Origin: Promethearchaeota archaeon
Lineage (GTDB): Archaea > Asgardarchaeota > Lokiarchaeia > Sigyniarchaeales > SOKP01
Assembly (NCBI GenBank): GCA_048938895.1
Contig: JBHLLU010000034.1
Coordinates: 1 to 42,094 of the forward strand
DNA length: 42,094 nt
Direction: 5' to 3'
Shown here: piece by piece, positions 38,167 to 42,094 of the stretch
Position numbering within the stretch: position 1 is the stretch's first letter
Layout of the letters: the number at the start of each line of letters is the position of its first letter
Program-made: the position numbers and the translations under genes
The notes under the pieces: generated by a model
The model's input: the letters and a program-made list of their open reading frames with translations, nothing else
Told to the model about the DNA's origin: nothing
Databases searched by the model: none

Positions 38167-39915
38167 ATGTTAACATTTTTGATATTTTTTATTCTAAGTC
38201 TTTTTAACTTTGGGATTAATATTATCTTCTATTTTCGCAAAGAAAACGGTTATTCACCAATAATTAATAAATTACTCCTATTCATTATATTTTCAACTTC
38301 AACTATTTTTCTTATTATAAACTTACCCTATTTTGTTATTAATGATTCTTATCTATTTTTGGAAGTAAATAATCGTGTAATTATTCCTACTGTACTATAC
38401 AATATATCATTTCTCCTTTACATTACTTCAATATTACTAATTTTGTTATTTATTTTCCAAATTGAAGAAAGTGTAGTATTTCTAGAAGCACCTTCAAGAA
38501 TAGGGTCTAAAAAAGGAAAAATCTACATAGGAAAAGTGTTAAGGGGTAGATTTAAAAAGCAAAAGTTTAATTTGTCATTGAAAGACCTTGAGAAGCATAT
38601 GTTTGTATGTGGAGCAACAGGAACAGGAAAAAGTAATTTTCTTCAGAATTTTTTAATAAATTTCACAAAAATACATAAAATTCCTTTCTTTCTTGTAGAA
38701 TTTAAGGGGGAATATCATTTCCTTCAAAATAAGATTGAAAATCTCCTTATTTTTTGGCCTGGTGAGAATTTTTCTATTAATATTTTCAATCCTGGAAAAA
38801 CCAACCCAATTATTCATGCTGAGAGGATTTTTGATATATTGAAAAGTGGAAAGTTATTAGATGAAAATACTGATTTCAGTCCCCAAATGGAGGCAGTACT
38901 GATTGAAATTCTAACAAAAACTTGTAAAGATGCAAATTATCGTAGTTGGCAGGGATTTGAGCACTATTGCGAACAATACCTTAAAAAAAACAAAACTAAT
39001 ATCCCTATGTTAAACCAAACACTTATAAGTATAAAAAATCGAATTAGAAGATTTGCTAAAGGCCCTTTAAAAGTACTATTTGAAGAGAATAATAGAGTCG
39101 GAATCGAAGAGTTGTTTAAAAACAGAGTTTTGCTTGATCTAAGTTCTATTATTCGGCTAGGAGGTGAAAAAGAAGATGCTTTATTCTTTTTAAACATGAT
39201 CCTTAAATACTTATGGGATAAAAATCTAACAACTGGTGCTTCTAATTTTAATGGAATTAAACATTTAACCATTATAGAAGATGCTCAATATTTTGCACCC
39301 CAAGATTTGGCAAGAAAGAACAAATTAACTACTTACATAGAAGATATTGCTTTATTACAGAGAGGAACAGGAGAATGTTTAATCACATTAGCCACGAGAC
39401 CAGACATAAGTAAAGAAATCCTTGCTAATAATGGGATTGTATTGACGTTTAAAAATCATTTAGAAAAAGATATTATGTGTGATCTATTAAATCTTAGTAC
39501 TGAAAACAGACAATATTTATCAATCTTAGAAGAAGGGCAATGTATAATAAGAATAAATTCAATTAAAGAGCCATTTTTATTAAAAGTACCTTTCATCAAA
39601 CATGAATCTATATCATCTAAACAAATATTCCATAACAACAAGTTGATTTTAGATAGAGTTTCTGGAAAGGTCAATTCTATTGAAAATATTAAGGAAAAAC
39701 ATTCTCATAAGTTTAGAAAATTGATAAATATGTTAAAAATGATTTTCCCGATACACATTCTAAAAGGAAAGGAAAAGCCGAAAAAAAATAATAATAAAAT
39801 TCTAAATACTGAAAATTTGACAAAAAACAATTTAGAAGATGAAGGCTTTGAGTCATTAAAGAATTATGTAAATGAGCTATATAAACTACAAATTAAAAAG
39901 GATAATAAGATATAA
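38167..39915 (+). CDS. Membrane-anchored HerA/VirB4-like (DUF87) P-loop ATPase
   Basis: Three N-terminal hydrophobic helices; KHMFVCGATGTGKS, E.KGEY, Walker B-like LTIIEDAQ, R..GE.L....TRP, L..GQCI. Confidence 0.8.
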   Translation: MLTFLIFFILSLFNFGINIIFYFRKENGYSPIINKLLLFIIFSTSTIFLIINLPYFVINDSYLFLEVNNRVIIPTVLYNISFLLYITSILLILLFIFQIEESVVFLEAPSRIGSKKGKIYIGKVLRGRFKKQKFNLSLKDLEKHMFVCGATGTGKSNFLQNFLINFTKIHKIPFFLVEFKGEYHFLQNKIENLLIFWPGENFSINIFNPGKTNPIIHAERIFDILKSGKLLDENTDFSPQMEAVLIEILTKTCKDANYRSWQGFEHYCEQYLKKNKTNIPMLNQTLISIKNRIRRFAKGPLKVLFEENNRVGIEELFKNRVLLDLSSIIRLGGEKEDALFFLNMILKYLWDKNLTTGASNFNGIKHLTIIEDAQYFAPQDLARKNKLTTYIEDIALLQRGTGECLITLATRPDISKEILANNGIVLTFKNHLEKDIMCDLLNLSTENRQYLSILEEGQCIIRINSIKEPFLLKVPFIKHESISSKQIFHNNKLILDRVSGKVNSIENIKEKHSHKFRKLINMLKMIFPIHILKGKEKPKKNNNKILNTENLTKNNLEDEGFESLKNYVNELYKLQIKKDNKI

Positions 39916-40247
39916 ATTCTAATTTCCCGAAAATTAAGATAGGAACACCAAAAATATCATTTAAAGGTTAGTTTTTAGTTATTTAATTTCTGTAGTTATT
40001 ATTATAATAGAAATAATCAAATTCACCAGTAATATCACCAAATTTCTCTACTATATGGCGTTTAAAAGCACATCTAAAGTAAAAAGTTATAAAATGTTCA
40101 TTATCTTCAGCATATAAATGAAGATAATCCCAATTGCTTGAATCCTTTATTTGTTCATGACAAATTTTACATATGAGAGATTTATCGTAATTATTGAGAT
40201 AAAATGCAAAATGAAAAGGAATAAATAGTAAGCAATAGAAATTCAAT

Positions 40248-41471
40248 ATGTATATGACCTTTAATATCGGAATTATAGGTAAACCTAGTAGTGGCAAGAC
40301 CACATTTTTAAATGCAGCTTGTTTAACAAATGCGAAGGTAAGCGAATTACCATTTACTACTATTGATCCTAATAAGGGAATTGCTTATATAAAAACTGAA
40401 TGTGTATGCAAAGAATTAAATGTTGATGATAATCCAAAAAACTCCACATGTATAGAAGGCTTTCGATTTGTCCCTATTAGCATGCTCGATGTTGCAGGTT
40501 TAGTTCCTGATGCTCATAAAGGTAAAGGTTTAGGAAATAAGTTCTTAAATGACTTAATACAAGCAGATGTGCTATTACATATTGTTGATATTTCAGGATC
40601 ACTTGATAAATCTGGAAATCTTGTTTCAACCGGAGTTAATGACCCTTATGACGATATCTTATTCCTAGAAGATGAAATAAATCTCTGGTTCAAAAATATT
40701 ATTGAAAGAGAAGATTGGAGTAAATTTACTAAGACAATTAAAACCGAAAAAAGAAAGGTACTAGAATCATTGTATGAACGACTCTCTGGGATGAAAATAA
40801 ACAAACTACAAATAATGCAATCCTTAAAAGATACTAATTTAGAGACTAAAAATCCTTCCGAATGGACCGATCTTGAGATCTTAGAATTTGCCAAAACTTT
40901 AAGAAAAATTTCAAAACCAATAGTAATTGTAGCAAATAAGATTGATAAAGAAATAAGTGTTGAGAAGCTTAAAGAATTAAAAAATAAGTATAGTGGTCCT
41001 ATTATCCCTTGTAGTGCATTAGCAGAATATATGTTGAGAAAATATCATGAGGATAAAATGATTAATTATATTCCTGGATCTGATGATTTTGAAATACTCG
41101 AAGAACAAAGTTTATCAACATCTCAATTAGAAACATTAGATAAAATCAAGCATAAAATTTTAATACCGTATAATGGAACTGGTATTCAAAATGTTCTAAA
41201 TTTTGCTACTTTTAATATTGCTAATCAATTATGCGTTTATCCTGTTTCAGATGTTAATACTCTTTCAGATAATAAGGGAAATATATTGCCTGATGCGTTC
41301 CTTGTAAAAAAAGGAACTCATTTAAGAGATTTTATAAGAGACAAAATCCACAGTGAGCTTGCAGATAACTTTATGTTTGGAATTGATGCTAGGACGAAAA
41401 AAAGGTTAGGAGAAGGATATGAACTCCAGGACAGGGATATTATTAAAATAGTAACTTCAAGTGGTAAATAA
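40248..41471 (+). CDS. ychF: YchF/Ola1-family OBG NTPase (archaeal type)
   Basis: GKPSSGKT, PFTTIDPN.G, DVAGLVPDAH.GKGLGNKFL, ANKID, C-terminal TGS domain. Confidence 0.93.
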   Translation: MYMTFNIGIIGKPSSGKTTFLNAACLTNAKVSELPFTTIDPNKGIAYIKTECVCKELNVDDNPKNSTCIEGFRFVPISMLDVAGLVPDAHKGKGLGNKFLNDLIQADVLLHIVDISGSLDKSGNLVSTGVNDPYDDILFLEDEINLWFKNIIEREDWSKFTKTIKTEKRKVLESLYERLSGMKINKLQIMQSLKDTNLETKNPSEWTDLEILEFAKTLRKISKPIVIVANKIDKEISVEKLKELKNKYSGPIIPCSALAEYMLRKYHEDKMINYIPGSDDFEILEEQSLSTSQLETLDKIKHKILIPYNGTGIQNVLNFATFNIANQLCVYPVSDVNTLSDNKGNILPDAFLVKKGTHLRDFIRDKIHSELADNFMFGIDARTKKRLGEGYELQDRDIIKIVTSSGK

Positions 41472-41480
41472 TATTATAGC

Positions 41481-41636
41481 TTATTTTTCTTGTTTTGATG
41501 TTAGGAGAATATATACTAATATTATAATTAATAGAATGATACCTAAGAAAACTACTACAAAATTAAAAAATTCCAATTCATCTGTATTTTGAAACAGAAA
41601 TAGAAATAACAATAATAGTAAAAAATAAAATTTCAT
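41481..41636 (-). CDS. Putative 51-aa small membrane protein
   Basis: ATG ORF MKFYFLLLLLFLFLFQNTDELEFFNFVVVFLGIILLIIILVYILLTSKQEK with two hydrophobic stretches and a basic tail. Could be chance in T-rich DNA. Confidence 0.4.
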   Translation of the reverse strand: MKFYFLLLLLFLFLFQNTDELEFFNFVVVFLGIILLIIILVYILLTSKQEK

Positions 41637-41754
41637 ATTAAGGTTGAATATTCAGTACAAAATTAAAAAATTTCTTTTTTTAAGACAATTTTTTTTACTT
41701 TATAATTATTTTCTGGAAAAATGGTCTAATCAGGTATTTGAAATTTTGTAATAG

Positions 41755-41856
41755 TGGACCTGACGGGAATTGAACCCGTGACCTCTTGAGTGCAAGTCAA
41801 GCGTAAGATTAAAATGTTATATGCATTTTAAGGATCTTCCACTGATCTACAGGCCC
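41755..41856 (-). tRNA. tRNA-Ala(TGC) with 30-nt 25/26 intron (41803-41832), directly downstream of 16S
   Basis: GGGCCTG/CAGGTCC acceptor with G3.U70, GATC/GATC D-stem, CTTGA-CTTGCAC-TCAAG; BHB with AAGA/TCTT helix and TTAAAATG/CATTTTAA intron stem. Confidence 0.92.
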
Positions 41857-41930
41857 ACATTTAAAAGAAAAGAGAAGAAAGTTTAAGAAGAACTTTCCTA
41901 TAAGAAATTCCTTTTTTAAAAATTAAAAAA

Positions 41931-42094
<164 letters not shown>

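Noticed and set aside
39983-40303. 106-aa minus-strand ORF with a CKIC motif
   Set aside because: Its only canonical start overlaps ychF on the opposite strand and no family is recognisable. It may be a remnant but cannot be supported.
2174-40894. Many short ORFs in the track that lie antisense to or overlap real genes (e.g. 2174-2440, 3290-3646, 14354-14950, 28262-28633, 32914-33214, 37461-37883, 40646-40894)
   Set aside because: They are shadows of well-supported genes on the other strand or frame, with no recognisable motifs. The two at 32914-33214 are antisense to aIF1.

Overview
AT-rich archaeal core-genome segment, almost certainly from an Asgard archaeon of the Lokiarchaeia type. The basis is the archaeal information-processing genes together with eukaryote-signature proteins (profilin, Rab-like GTPase, tandem Roadblock, RING-like finger, Get3-like ATPase, PAC4-like protein). 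Both ends are rRNA on the minus strand: the 3' end of 16S plus tRNA-Ala at the right edge, and what looks like the 5' end of 23S at the left edge, about 41.7 kb apart. Between them are about 40 housekeeping CDSs (translation and ribosome biogenesis, CoA and methanofuran biosynthesis, FtsZ, TFB, RPA, thermosome) and further tRNAs. Of the 6 tRNAs in the window, 5 carry BHB introns, mostly at non-canonical positions. No mobile element or CRISPR array was seen. Two clear genes missing from the ORF track were recovered by hand: rpo12 and aIF1/SUI1. The standout observation is that the aIF1 gene has no ATG/GTG/TTG start and appears to initiate at ATT. This would be an archaeal counterpart of the start-codon-fidelity autoregulation known for bacterial infC (AUU) and eukaryotic eIF1. 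All calls come from reading motifs by eye; no database searches were run.
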